A stretch of 32,000 nt of DNA from Thermosulfurimonas dismutans (GTDB taxonomy: Bacteria > Desulfobacterota > Thermodesulfobacteria > Thermodesulfobacteriales > Thermodesulfobacteriaceae): contig NZ_LWLG01000016.1 of NCBI RefSeq assembly GCF_001652585.1, positions 1-32,000 on the forward strand, given 5' to 3'. The notes under the pieces were generated by a model that had not been told where the DNA came from, did not search any database, and saw nothing but the letters and a program-made list of their open reading frames with translations. Positions 23,078 to 31,745 of this stretch are shown piece after piece. The translations under genes were made by a program, and so were the position numbers. Within the stretch, counting starts at the first letter, position 1; every line of letters begins with the position of its first letter.

Positions 23078-25837
23078 ATGGCGGCAAGGAAAATTGTTCC
23101 TCAAACGACCTCCCCTTCCGGGACCAAGATTACCTTAAATCCCAAGATGGCTCGCCGTTCCTTTTTGAAGATTGCGGCGGCGACCACGGCCCTTACCGGT
23201 CTTGCCCTAAGTGGTAGGCTTACCAAGCGGGCCGAGGCCAAGACACCCAAGTCTCCTTATAGTCAGTCCAAGATTGTGCGCACCATCTGCACCTATTGCT
23301 CTGTGGGGTGCGGGATTTACGCTGAGGTAGAAAATGGGGTCTGGGTCCGGCAGGAGATCGCCCAGGATCATCCCGTCTCCCGTGGTGGGCACTGCTGCAA
23401 GGGCGCCGGGGCGATTGACATGGTAAGGAGTGAGAAGCGTCTGCGCTCTCCCATGAAACGTGAAAACGGGCGGTGGAAGAGGATTTCCTGGGAACAGGCC
23501 CTAGACGAGATCTGCAGCAAGCTCCTTGAGATCCGGGAAAAGTATGGCCCTGATGCTGTCCACTGGAACGGGAGTGCCAAGGTTTCGACCGAAATGGCTT
23601 ATCTTCAGAGAAAACTTGCCGCCTTCTGGGGCACCAACAATATCGATCACCAGGCCCGCATATGACACTCCACCACGGTGGCCGGGGTGGCCAACACATG
23701 GGGCTATGGTGCAATGACCAATCACTTCAACGATATTCGTCATGCCAAATTGGTTTTCTTTATTGGTTCCAATGCTGCCGAAGCCCATCCGGTAGCCATG
23801 CAGCACATCCTTTATGCCAAGGAGGTCAACAACGCGCCTATTATCGTAGTTGATCCGCGGTTTACCAAGCTTGCGGCCAAGGCTACGGATTACGTGCGCA
23901 TACGTCCCGGGACAGACACGGCCTTTCTCATGGGGCTCATCAACCAACTCATTCAGAACGAGTGGTACGACAAAGAATTCGTTCGCACCCGGGTGGCAGG
24001 CTTTGAAGAGCTTAAAGAGGTGGCGGCCCACTATACCCCCGAAGTGGTGGAAGACATTACCGGCGTGCCGGCCAAAGAGGTGGTACGCATCGCCAAACTC
24101 ATGGCCACGCACCGTCCGGGCACGGTGGTCTGGTGCATGGGGCTCACCCAGCATCACATCGGAAGTTCCAATACCCGGGCGGCCTGTATCCTGCAGCTCA
24201 TGCTCGGGAATATGGGTGTTTCCGGAGGTGGCACGAATATCTTCCGAGGACACGACAATGTTCAGGGTGCCACGGATATGTGCGTGCTTTCGCACTCGCT
24301 GCCCGGCTACTACGGGCTCTCGGAGAAGGCTTGGCGTCACTGGTGTGAGGTTTGGGGCGTAGACTACGAGTGGATGAAGTCCCGTTTCCACAGCAAGGAG
24401 TACATGGAGAAACCGGGATTTACGCTAGCCCGCTGGTACGAAGGCGTCATCCAGGAAGATAAGATCTATCAATACACTCCGATTAAGGCCGTAGTCTTCT
24501 GGGGTTGTTCTTCCACCTCGCAATCTCAGTACCACAAGCTAAAGAAGGCCTTGGACAAGCTTGAGCTCGTGGTGATCATCGATCCCTTCCCTACCACCAC
24601 GGCGGCCATGTGCGAGAAGGACAACGTTTACCTCCTCCCGAGCACCAGCCAGTATGAGACCGAGGGTTCGGTAACCAGCAGCTGCCGCCAAGCCCAGTGG
24701 CGCTACAAGGTGGTGGACCCGATCTATGACAGCAAGACCGACTACGAGATTCTCCAGGAGTTCGTGAAGCGTTTCGGATTTGCCGACAAGTTCTTCAAGA
24801 ACATCAAGAAGATCCCCGAGGATGTTACCCGAGAGATTGCCCGCGGCACACTCACCATCGGGCTTGTGGGCTGGCTTCCCGAACGCATCAAGAAACATAC
24901 CGACAACTGGCACACCTTCGACATTGATACCCTCCAGGCCAAGGGTGGCCCTTGCGACGGGGAGTACTACGGTTTACCCTGGCCCTGCTGGACGGAGGAG
25001 CATCCCGGAACCCCGATCCTTTACGACATCTCGAAACCCGTAGCCAAAGGAGGGTTACCCTTCCGGGCCCGCTTCGGCACGGAGTATACCTATCCGAGCG
25101 GCCGCAAGGAGAATCTGCTGGCCGCTGAAGGGGTGGCCAACCCTGGAAGCGAGATCATGGGCGGGTATCCGGAGTTCAAGGGCTGGAAGACAGATGTTCG
25201 GGTCATCAAGGAAGCCGTTAAGCGCGGCATGGCGCCTTTTGGCAACGCCCGGGCCCGGTGCTATTGCTGGAACTTCCCGGATCCTGTACCTGTCCACCGG
25301 GAACCGCTCCATTCTCCTAGACCTGATCTCATCAAGAAATATCCCACTTATCCAGACAAACCTAATCACTACCGCGTTTACACGCGTTTTAAGAGCGAGC
25401 AGAAACCGGAGCTCGTCAAAGAATTTCCGCTCGTCCTTATTACCGGGCGTGTGGTGGAACACATGGGCGGTGGTGACGAGACCCGAAGCAACAAATATCT
25501 CGCAGAGCTCATGCCCGAGGTCTACGCGGAGATCAACCCGCGGGTGGCCAACAACTATGGTCTCCGCGAGGGAGATATGATCTGGGTGGAGTCACCTGAG
25601 GGTGGCCGGATTAGGGTTAAGGTGAAGATCACGGATAGGGTAGATGACCGGACAATTTTTATCCCCTACAGCTTCGGCGGTATGTTTATGGGGCGTTCTA
25701 TGGCCGCCAATTATCCAGACGGCCTGGTACCCTACGCTATCGGTGAGCCGGCTAACATCGTCGTAAATTACGGCTACGACATCAAGACTCAAATCCAGGC
25801 CACTAAGGAGGGGCTTTGCCGGATAAGAAAGGCCTAA
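23078..25837 (+). CDS. fdhA: Formate dehydrogenase catalytic subunit, selenocysteine-containing (UGA at 23663-23665 read as Sec)
   Basis: ORF-track ORFs 23018-23665 and 23678-25837 are in the same frame. Across the TGA the sequence reads [29 protein letters not shown], the canonical FdnG/FdhA Sec active-site context. A Tat signal ([18 protein letters not shown]) and an N-terminal Fe-S motif (CTYCSVGCG...C) are present. ATG 23078 is preceded by AAAGGAGG. ATG 23147 is an alternative start. Confidence 0.92.
23670..23690 (+). promoter_or_regulatory. Candidate SECIS stem-loop immediately 3' of the UGA
   Basis: CCACC-A-CGG (UGG) CCG-G-GGUGG. This gives 5 + 3 bp with one A/G mismatch, starting 5 nt after the UGA. 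It was folded by eye only. Confidence 0.45.
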
Positions 25838-25849
25838 AAAGTCTAAAAA

Positions 25850-25877
25850 TAGGGGGTGGGGGATCCCCCTCCCCCTA
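25850..25877 (+). repeat. GC-rich palindrome/hairpin TAGGGGGTGGGGGA|TCCCCCTCCCCCTA between fdhA and fdhB
   Basis: Read directly from the sequence. The arms are 14 nt with a single T/T mismatch, centred on GATC. No U-tract follows. Confidence 0.7.
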
Positions 25878-25899
25878 CAATTTGTGATAGGAGGACGAT

Positions 25900-26466
25900 A
25901 TGGCGCGTATGAAATTTATTTGTGATACCGAGCGCTGCGTAGCCTGTCATGGTTGTGTTGTTGCCTGCAAAGAGGGACATCACATCCCGGTGGGGATTAA
26001 CCGCCGGCGGGTGATCATCATTAATGAGGGTAAACCAGGGGAGAGGAGCATCTCCATCTCTTGTATGCATTGCTCCGATCCTCCGTGCATGGCGGTTTGT
26101 CCGGCAGGGGCCATTTATCAGCGCGACGACGGCATCGTCCTGGTGAATAAAGATATCTGCATCGGTTGCGGTTATTGTCTTATGGCCTGTCCCTTCGGGG
26201 CCCCGCAGTTTCCAAAGAACAGTAGTTTCGGGGCGCGTGGAGTCATGGACAAGTGCACCTTTTGTGCGGGTGGTCCGGCTCCCACCTTCAGCGAAAAAGA
26301 GAAGAGACTTTATGGCCAGAACCGAATTGCCGAGGGTAAGGTGCCCCTATGTGCTGGCATGTGTGCTACCAAGGCCTTGCTTGCCGGAGATGCTGACGTC
26401 ATTTCCAAGATCTATGCTGAACGCGTGGCCCGTCGAGGGAACGGGCTAAAGGAAAAGATTTTTTAA
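25900..26466 (+). CDS. fdhB: Formate dehydrogenase iron-sulfur subunit (four-cluster ferredoxin, FdnH/HybA family)
   Basis: 188 aa. Cys motifs CVACHGCVVAC, CMHCSDPPCMAVCP, CIGCGYCLMACP and CTFCAGG...C. SD TAGGAGG lies upstream. Confidence 0.9.
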   Translation: MARMKFICDTERCVACHGCVVACKEGHHIPVGINRRRVIIINEGKPGERSISISCMHCSDPPCMAVCPAGAIYQRDDGIVLVNKDICIGCGYCLMACPFGAPQFPKNSSFGARGVMDKCTFCAGGPAPTFSEKEKRLYGQNRIAEGKVPLCAGMCATKALLAGDADVISKIYAERVARRGNGLKEKIF

Positions 26467-26471
26467 TAGAC

Positions 26472-26492
26472 TCCGGGGGCTCTGCCCCCGGA
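26472..26492 (+). repeat. GC-rich hairpin TCCGGGGGC-tct-GCCCCCGGA between fdhB and fdhC
   Basis: A perfect 9-bp stem read directly from the sequence. No U-tract follows. Confidence 0.7.
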
Positions 26493-26500
26493 AAACTATT

Positions 26501-27400
26501 ATGGAGTGGAGTATGCGAGGAAGCCTTTTAGGAAAAGGCCTTTTGGTTTTCTTTTTGCTAAGCTTAGGGGTTCATTATGTTTGGGCCCAGGATATCCTTC
26601 GTGGTTTCGGACCGGAGTCCTTTACGGATTATTTCAGACAGTTCTCTGAGATCATCGTGGGCGACTGGTCTAATTCCGGCAGGCAGTTCCTCGCCCTGGT
26701 GCCGAAGTTGAAATTATATTTCCTGGTAGTGCTTGTGGGGGTGCCCGGCCTCTTCTTCCTGCACTACCTTATCATAGGACCTAAGAGGTTCTCGCACCAA
26801 GGTGAAAAGATCCTCTACTACGGGCCCTTGGCCCGATTGATTCACTGGGTGGCGGCGCTTTTCTTTACGCTTCTCGTCGTTACGGGGCTAACCATCATCT
26901 TTGCCAAGACTTTCGGTGGTGGTTCTCTAGTGCGGATTTCGCGCAAGATTCATCTACTTTCGGCCTTTGGCTTTGGAGCCGTGGTTGTCCCCATGTTTCT
27001 TATGTGGCTCAGGGACATGCTTCCGGCCCCTTATGATCTGAAATGGTTCCTGATGTTTGGCGGATACTTAAGCCGCAAGAAGCAACCCATCCCGGCAGGA
27101 AAATTCAACGCCGGACAGAAGATGTGGTTCTGGCTGGCCTCCGTGGGCGGGGGGGTGATGCTCTATACCGGATTTTACCTTTATCTCTTCGAGGCCCCTT
27201 TGAAGGATTTGCGTCTTTTTGTCCTCATTCACAATTTTCTAGGGCTTGCCATCGTGGCCCTCTTTTTCACCCATCTTTACATGTCTCTCTTTGCCGTTAA
27301 AGGCGCCATCCAAAGTATGCTTTCCGGCTACAAATCCGCCGAAGAGGTCTCCGTCCTCCATAGCAAGTATTACGAGAAATTGAAGCAAGGGCGTTCTTAA
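26501..27400 (+). CDS. fdhC: Formate dehydrogenase membrane cytochrome b (gamma) subunit
   Basis: 299 aa, with an alternative start at ATG 26513. It has several TM helices. Conserved His residues sit in helices (LIHWVAALFF, KIHLLSAFG, LIHNFLG, FTHLYMS), as in the FdnI/cytochrome b561-type family. It follows fdhB. Confidence 0.8.
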   Translation: MEWSMRGSLLGKGLLVFFLLSLGVHYVWAQDILRGFGPESFTDYFRQFSEIIVGDWSNSGRQFLALVPKLKLYFLVVLVGVPGLFFLHYLIIGPKRFSHQGEKILYYGPLARLIHWVAALFFTLLVVTGLTIIFAKTFGGGSLVRISRKIHLLSAFGFGAVVVPMFLMWLRDMLPAPYDLKWFLMFGGYLSRKKQPIPAGKFNAGQKMWFWLASVGGGVMLYTGFYLYLFEAPLKDLRLFVLIHNFLGLAIVALFFTHLYMSLFAVKGAIQSMLSGYKSAEEVSVLHSKYYEKLKQGRS

Positions 27401-27417
27401 CCGCCAAGGAGGCCCGA

Positions 27418-28032
27418 TTGATTCCCGTAGTTACTTTCGTGGGGTTTGTGGAGAAACGGGCCTTGGTGGAGGCCGTGGCTCAGGAACTCAAGGGGCGGGG
27501 CTATAAGGTAGGGCTCATCAGGGAGAAATCTAGCCCAGTGAAGACCTCATCCCTCCCGTTCCCGGGGCAGGCCGAGGTGAATTTTGGCCAGATCTCACTC
27601 GTTCAAGAGCTTGACCACGAAGACTTTGAACATTTGATTTATCGTCTGTTTGAAGGCTATGATATCGTCTTAGGTGAAGGCTTTGTCGAGATAGAGCCTA
27701 TCCCCAAGATCGAGGTAGCCAGGGCTTCCGTTTCGCGTAACCTCTTTAAAGGAAAAATTTCCGGTGTGTTGGCCGTGGTCTCAGATTTTGAAGTGCCAGG
27801 AAGCCGGAGTTTTCCCTTTGAGGCCATTTCTGAAATTGCAAGCTTTATCGAAGAACACATCCTTTTACCCTTGAAGCGGGATGTAAAGACCGTCCTTTTC
27901 GTGAATGGCAGACGTATCCCCATCAAAAAATACGTTCGGGAAACTCTAGCTGGAGTCATTGAGGGCTTTGTGAGTCGTCTCAAAATGACGGAAGGTGCCC
28001 GCGAAATAGAGATCAAGATACGCTTGGAATAA
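27418..28032 (+). CDS. MobB-like protein lacking the Walker A motif, with extra C-terminal domain
   Basis: 204 aa. TTG start with AAGGAGG 6 nt upstream. VVTFVGFVEKRALVEAVAQELKGRGYKVGLI parallels the MobB N-terminus, but GFVEKRA replaces GxxGSGKT. The MobB-like LGEGFVEIEPIPKIEV is present. The C-terminal 80 aa or so are unassigned. Confidence 0.55.
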   Translation: MIPVVTFVGFVEKRALVEAVAQELKGRGYKVGLIREKSSPVKTSSLPFPGQAEVNFGQISLVQELDHEDFEHLIYRLFEGYDIVLGEGFVEIEPIPKIEVARASVSRNLFKGKISGVLAVVSDFEVPGSRSFPFEAISEIASFIEEHILLPLKRDVKTVLFVNGRRIPIKKYVRETLAGVIEGFVSRLKMTEGAREIEIKIRLE

Positions 28033-28051
28033 TCTTATTGGCCAAACTCCG

Positions 28052-29065
28052 TCACAACCAAGCAGAGGCTTTTTTAGGAAAGGATAGCCATACCTTTTTG
28101 CCAGGCACAAATCCATAAGAAGAAAATTTTTCTTTTGAAAATTCGAGAGTGAAAGATACGTCCTCTAGACTAAAAGTTACAAGGATCTGCCCACTTTTTG
28201 TTTTTAGGTTTAGACGTGTAACCCAAAAAGAAAGCAGATTTTGGTCATGAACCGGCTTTGGATTACCAAAGATCTCTACCGAAGAGGAAGAAATAAGAGC
28301 GATATCCATATCTTTTGAAGGCGGCGGTTCCAGTAAAAGTCTTTGACCATCTCTAAATCTCTTTTCCCAAAAGCGACCATTTACTGTCCACGGCCCGAAG
28401 ATGAGGTTTGACATCTCCGACGGCAACACATGACCTTTGATGAGGTAAAGCGTCCTATCAGCTATTTCATTAATCCAGGCCCAATCATGAGTAGCGATAA
28501 TAAGACTAGTACCCCATAGGGATACGGCCTTAGTTACCGCTTCTTTTATGAGCTGAGCGCTTTTGGCATCTACACTTGCTGTCGGCTCATCTAACAAGAG
28601 TACTTCAGGTTGCAACACTAGACGACTGGCCAAGGCCACACGCTGGGCCTCCCCTCCCGAAAGGGCATACCATGGCCGATGGAGGAATTGATCGGGATCT
28701 AAGCCCACCCAGGAAAGTACTTCACATACCTTTTGGCGTAGATTCTTCTTTTTCCCCCTTATTTTGAGCCCATAGGCGATATTTTCAAAGACTGAGCGTT
28801 TAAGTAAATAAGGCTGTTGAGGCAAAAGCGTAACTTTTCGGAAGGCCTTACAAAAGGGGCCCACAGGTTCTCCCCGGAGATAAATTTGGCCTTGGGTAGG
28901 TTTTTCTACTAGAGCAAGAAGTCTTAAAAGGGTGCTTTTCCCTGCTCCATTAGGTCCTAGGAGAGCGGTGACCCCCCTATCTGAAATGGTCAAATTGTCT
29001 ATTTTTAGGGCCACTTTTTCTCCATATTTGTGGATCAGATTTTTTATTTCGTAAAGCGGAATCAC
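28052..29065 (-). CDS. tupC: Tungstate/molybdate ABC transporter ATP-binding protein with C-terminal TOBE-like extension
   Basis: 337 aa. Walker A GPNGAGKST, signature LSGGEAQR, Walker B LLLDEPTASVD. The C-terminal extension of about 110 aa is beta-rich. The GTG start overlaps the tupB stop. Confidence 0.8.
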   Translation of the reverse strand: MIPLYEIKNLIHKYGEKVALKIDNLTISDRGVTALLGPNGAGKSTLLRLLALVEKPTQGQIYLRGEPVGPFCKAFRKVTLLPQQPYLLKRSVFENIAYGLKIRGKKKNLRQKVCEVLSWVGLDPDQFLHRPWYALSGGEAQRVALASRLVLQPEVLLLDEPTASVDAKSAQLIKEAVTKAVSLWGTSLIIATHDWAWINEIADRTLYLIKGHVLPSEMSNLIFGPWTVNGRFWEKRFRDGQRLLLEPPPSKDMDIALISSSSVEIFGNPKPVHDQNLLSFWVTRLNLKTKSGQILVTFSLEDVSFTLEFSKEKFSSYGFVPGKKVWLSFPKKASAWL

Positions 29066-29751
29066 GATCTTTGCCTTAAATACATTAGACTAAAATTTAC
29101 AACGAAAGCTATTAACAACAGGACTAGCCCTAGGGCTATACCCATGGCAAATTCGCCTTTAGAGGTTTCAAGAGCTATGGCGGTGGTGATGGTCCTGGTA
29201 TGCCATTTGATGTTTCCTCCAACCATCAAGGATATGCCTACCTCAGTAAGTACTCTGCCGTAGGCGGTAACAGCCGCAGTGAGGATACCGTAACGGGCTT
29301 CCCAAATACAGGTACACAAGAGCTGGTAACGGTTGGCCCCTAGGGCAAGAAGCGTTATTCGCAACTGCCGATCGAGGCTTTCAACTGCCGTAGCTGTTAA
29401 GGCTATAACGATAGGCAAGGCCAAAATAGTCTGTCCAATGGCCACCCCAGGCAAGGTGAAAAGAAGACCATATTGTCCTAGCGGTCCTCTTTGGCTCAAA
29501 AGGGCATAAACTAAAAGCCCAATCAAAACCGTAGGAAAGGCTAAAAGGGTATTGACGATGGTTCGCAATAACTTCTTGCCTCTAAAATCCAGAAAGCCCA
29601 AAAAGAATCCCAAAGGTATTCCCAGCGCAAGACTTGCTGTCATGGCATAAGTGGAAACTTTGAGCGTTGTTAAAATAGCCGAATAGGTTTCTGCGTCCCT
29701 AGATATAAGCAACTCGAAAGCCTTGATTATCCCTTCGGTAATATATCCCAT
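29062..29751 (-). CDS. tupB: Tungstate ABC transporter permease
   Basis: 229 aa polytopic membrane protein of the BPD-transporter type. It lies between the tupA-like and tupC-like genes. Confidence 0.8.
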   Translation of the reverse strand: MGYITEGIIKAFELLISRDAETYSAILTTLKVSTYAMTASLALGIPLGFFLGFLDFRGKKLLRTIVNTLLAFPTVLIGLLVYALLSQRGPLGQYGLLFTLPGVAIGQTILALPIVIALTATAVESLDRQLRITLLALGANRYQLLCTCIWEARYGILTAAVTAYGRVLTEVGISLMVGGNIKWHTRTITTAIALETSKGEFAMGIALGLVLLLIAFVVNFSLMYLRQRS

Positions 29752-29808
29752 AATCTTTTAGGATAGAAAAATGAGTATAGATTATTTCTCTTGAATACTT
29801 TTTTATAC

Positions 29809-30651
29809 TTATTTAGTTTTCGCGTTAGGGATGAAAAGTTGTTTGCCCATGAGCCTGAAGTTTGCTATGGCTTGTTGAATCTTTGGAGAAGTAATCCAAT
29901 CCGAAAAGGTCCGTGCCAAGTCGTTTTTCACGTTGGGACAGTGTTCGGGATTGATTTCTATAACACTATATTGATTTCTTATTATTTTGTCTCCTTCCAC
30001 CAAGATCACTAGGATGGGCTTCCCTTTCAGGGTGGCTTCGTATTTAATAAAGGTTCCCCGGTCGGTAAGGGTATAACCTCTCTTTTCTGAGGCCACGTTA
30101 AGGGTGGCCAGCATACCCTGCCCGGTCTGTATGTACCAAGGTTCTTTATCCAGTTTATTAGGATCAATTCCTGCAGTTTTCCACAAAGTCTCTTCTTTTT
30201 TGTGGGTACCAGAATGGTCTCCTCGACTCACAAAGATTGCTTTTTGGTTAGCGATTTTCCTCAACGCTTCGGTGGCGGACATACCCTTAATACCAGCAGG
30301 ATCATCCGGCGGACCGACGATGATGAAGTCGTTATACATTATTTCTCGCCTGTTGATACCATATCCCGCTTTAATAAAGGCCTTTTCAGCAGAGGGAGCA
30401 TGTACCATAAGTATGTCCACATCACAGTTTTGCCCCAGCTTCAAAGCTTTGCCCGTACCCACAGCGATCCATTGAAGTTCAATGCCTGTATCTTTCTTAA
30501 AGATGGGAGCTAAATAATCCAAAAGGCCTGTATTGTCCGTGCTGGTAGTGGTGGCCATGCGCAGGACCTTTTTCTCCGCTAGACCAAGATCCGCAAGAAA
30601 TAAGGCTAGCAACGCCCAAAAGCATAAAAGTAGGACTTTTTTAGTATTCAT
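29809..30651 (-). CDS. tupA: Tungstate-binding periplasmic protein TupA
   Basis: 280 aa. Signal peptide MNTKKVLLLCFWALLALFLADLGLA. RMATTTSTDNTGLLDYL contains the TTTS motif characteristic of TupA. SD AGAGGGAA lies 7 nt upstream. Confidence 0.85.
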   Translation of the reverse strand: MNTKKVLLLCFWALLALFLADLGLAEKKVLRMATTTSTDNTGLLDYLAPIFKKDTGIELQWIAVGTGKALKLGQNCDVDILMVHAPSAEKAFIKAGYGINRREIMYNDFIIVGPPDDPAGIKGMSATEALRKIANQKAIFVSRGDHSGTHKKEETLWKTAGIDPNKLDKEPWYIQTGQGMLATLNVASEKRGYTLTDRGTFIKYEATLKGKPILVILVEGDKIIRNQYSVIEINPEHCPNVKNDLARTFSDWITSPKIQQAIANFRLMGKQLFIPNAKTK

Positions 30652-30671
30652 GGTGTGTTTCCCTCTTTATG

Positions 30672-30689
30672 ATACCCTTTTTGGGGTAT
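30672..30689. promoter_or_regulatory. Inverted repeat ATACCC-N6-GGGTAT in the tupA / regulator intergenic region
   Basis: Read directly from the sequence. It lies between a minus-strand TTGACA (complement of 30712-30717) and the tupA SD, which is a plausible operator position. The repeat is short and could occur by chance. Confidence 0.3.
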
Positions 30690-30771
30690 TGCTACCAAAA
30701 GAGAGACTTTTTGTCAATTCTAGTTATTATAAGTAAGTATCTGGGCTGTTTGAGATCTTTTCCTGAACTCA

Positions 30772-30800
30772 TTGACACCATGGGGGAGAGAGGATACACC
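30772..30800 (+). promoter_or_regulatory. Candidate leaderless promoter TTGACA-17-TACACC-7-ATG(30808)
   Basis: Hexamers read on the plus strand. The ORF-track TTG start at 30772 coincides with the -35 box, which favours ATG 30808 as the start. Confidence 0.3.
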
Positions 30801-30807
30801 ATCTTTT

Positions 30808-31668
30808 ATGGAAGAGCTTCTGACCACCAAAGAAGTAGCGCGCCTATTGCGGGTAAATGAAAAGAAAGTTTATCAACTTATCAAAGAAGCGGGTTTGCCC
30901 CATGTAAGGATTGCCGGTAAGTGGCTTTTTCCTAAAGAACATCTAAACCATTGGCTTCGAGAAAGGATTCAAACGGAAAAGGATTTGAGACTGGGAGGCA
31001 GTGACGATCCTCTTTTGTTGAAGTTCTTATCTTCTTTTAATCGCAAAGATCCTCTCCAAAGAACGGTTTTTTATGCGGCTATAGGGAGTCGCTTGGGACT
31101 AATGGCCCTTAAAGAAGCAAAAGTGGAAGGATGTTGCTGTCACTTGTTGGATCCTGAAACTCAAGAATACAATTTGCCTTTTTTGAAAAAGTGGTTTCAG
31201 GCCGGGACTTACGTAGTGGTAACCTTATGGCATAGAAGGCAGGGCCTTTACCTTGCCAAAGGGAATCCTCTTGGCATCAAGGATCTCAAAGATGCCGTGT
31301 CGAAGGGGGCCCGTTTTATCAACCGCAACAAAGGTTCTGGCACAAGGCATTTGTTGGATCTGATCCTAGAACAAGAAAACATTTCTTCAGAAGAAGTGGT
31401 CGGATTTCGTCAGGAAGTGAGCACTCATTTTGAAGTAGCTCTGAAGGTTTTTTTGGGAGAGGCGGACGCGGGTTTAGGTATAGAATACATGGCGCATCTT
31501 TTCGGACTAGAATTTATCCCTTTAGTGGAGGAGCGTTTCGATTTAGTGTTTTCTTCTCTGGTTTGGGAAACCGAGAAAGTAAAAAATTTTCTTTCCTTCC
31601 TTTTTTCTGCTAACTGGCATAAAGTCCCTGGATATAGTTTTAGGGATACGGGCAAGATCCTTGTTTAG
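30808..31668 (+). CDS. TunR-like regulator: excisionase/MerR-type HTH + oxyanion-binding PBP-like domain
   Basis: The N-terminal LLTTKEVARLLRVNEKKVYQLIKEAGLPHVRIAGKWLFPKEHLNHWL is an excisionase-family HTH. The C-terminal domain is homologous to the MoeA fusion domain. It is divergent from tupABC, as described for tungstate-responsive TunR regulators. Confidence 0.75.
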   Translation: MEELLTTKEVARLLRVNEKKVYQLIKEAGLPHVRIAGKWLFPKEHLNHWLRERIQTEKDLRLGGSDDPLLLKFLSSFNRKDPLQRTVFYAAIGSRLGLMALKEAKVEGCCCHLLDPETQEYNLPFLKKWFQAGTYVVVTLWHRRQGLYLAKGNPLGIKDLKDAVSKGARFINRNKGSGTRHLLDLILEQENISSEEVVGFRQEVSTHFEVALKVFLGEADAGLGIEYMAHLFGLEFIPLVEERFDLVFSSLVWETEKVKNFLSFLFSANWHKVPGYSFRDTGKILV

Positions 31669-31715
31669 CTGGCAAGGAGTAGAGGCCTCGGGGAGCGCGA
31701 TTTCTCCGCTATGAT

Positions 31716-31745
31716 TAAAAATCTCGCCGAACAGCCAGGCGAGAT
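31716..31745 (-). terminator. Rho-independent terminator after the cbiH-like gene
   Basis: The minus-strand RNA reads AUCUCGCC-uggcuguuc-GGCGAGAU followed by UUUUAAUC. The stem is 8 bp, the loop 9 nt, and a U-tract follows. Confidence 0.6.

Noticed and set aside
23018-23665. ORF-track ORF treated as a separate 215-aa gene, with 23678-25837 as a second gene
   Set aside because: Both ORFs share a frame and are joined by a TGA in the canonical Sec active-site context of FdhA. The first 20 codons (from 23018) overlap the preceding gene and lack an SD, so ATG 23078 is used instead.
23220-25462. Long minus-strand ORFs inside fdhA (23220-23714, 23501-24391 of 296 aa, 24539-24913, 25055-25462)
   Set aside because: They lie antisense to a gene with unambiguous FDH motifs. 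Their translations are low-complexity and Arg/Gly/Pro/His-rich with no recognisable motifs, as expected for shadow ORFs in GC-rich coding sequence.
25861-25866. GGATCC (BamHI site) at the centre of the G5/C5 palindrome, considered as a possible cloning or assembly artefact
   Set aside because: The flanking reading frames (fdhA stop, fdhB SD and start) are intact and normally spaced. A second similar hairpin occurs at the next junction, which argues for a native element.
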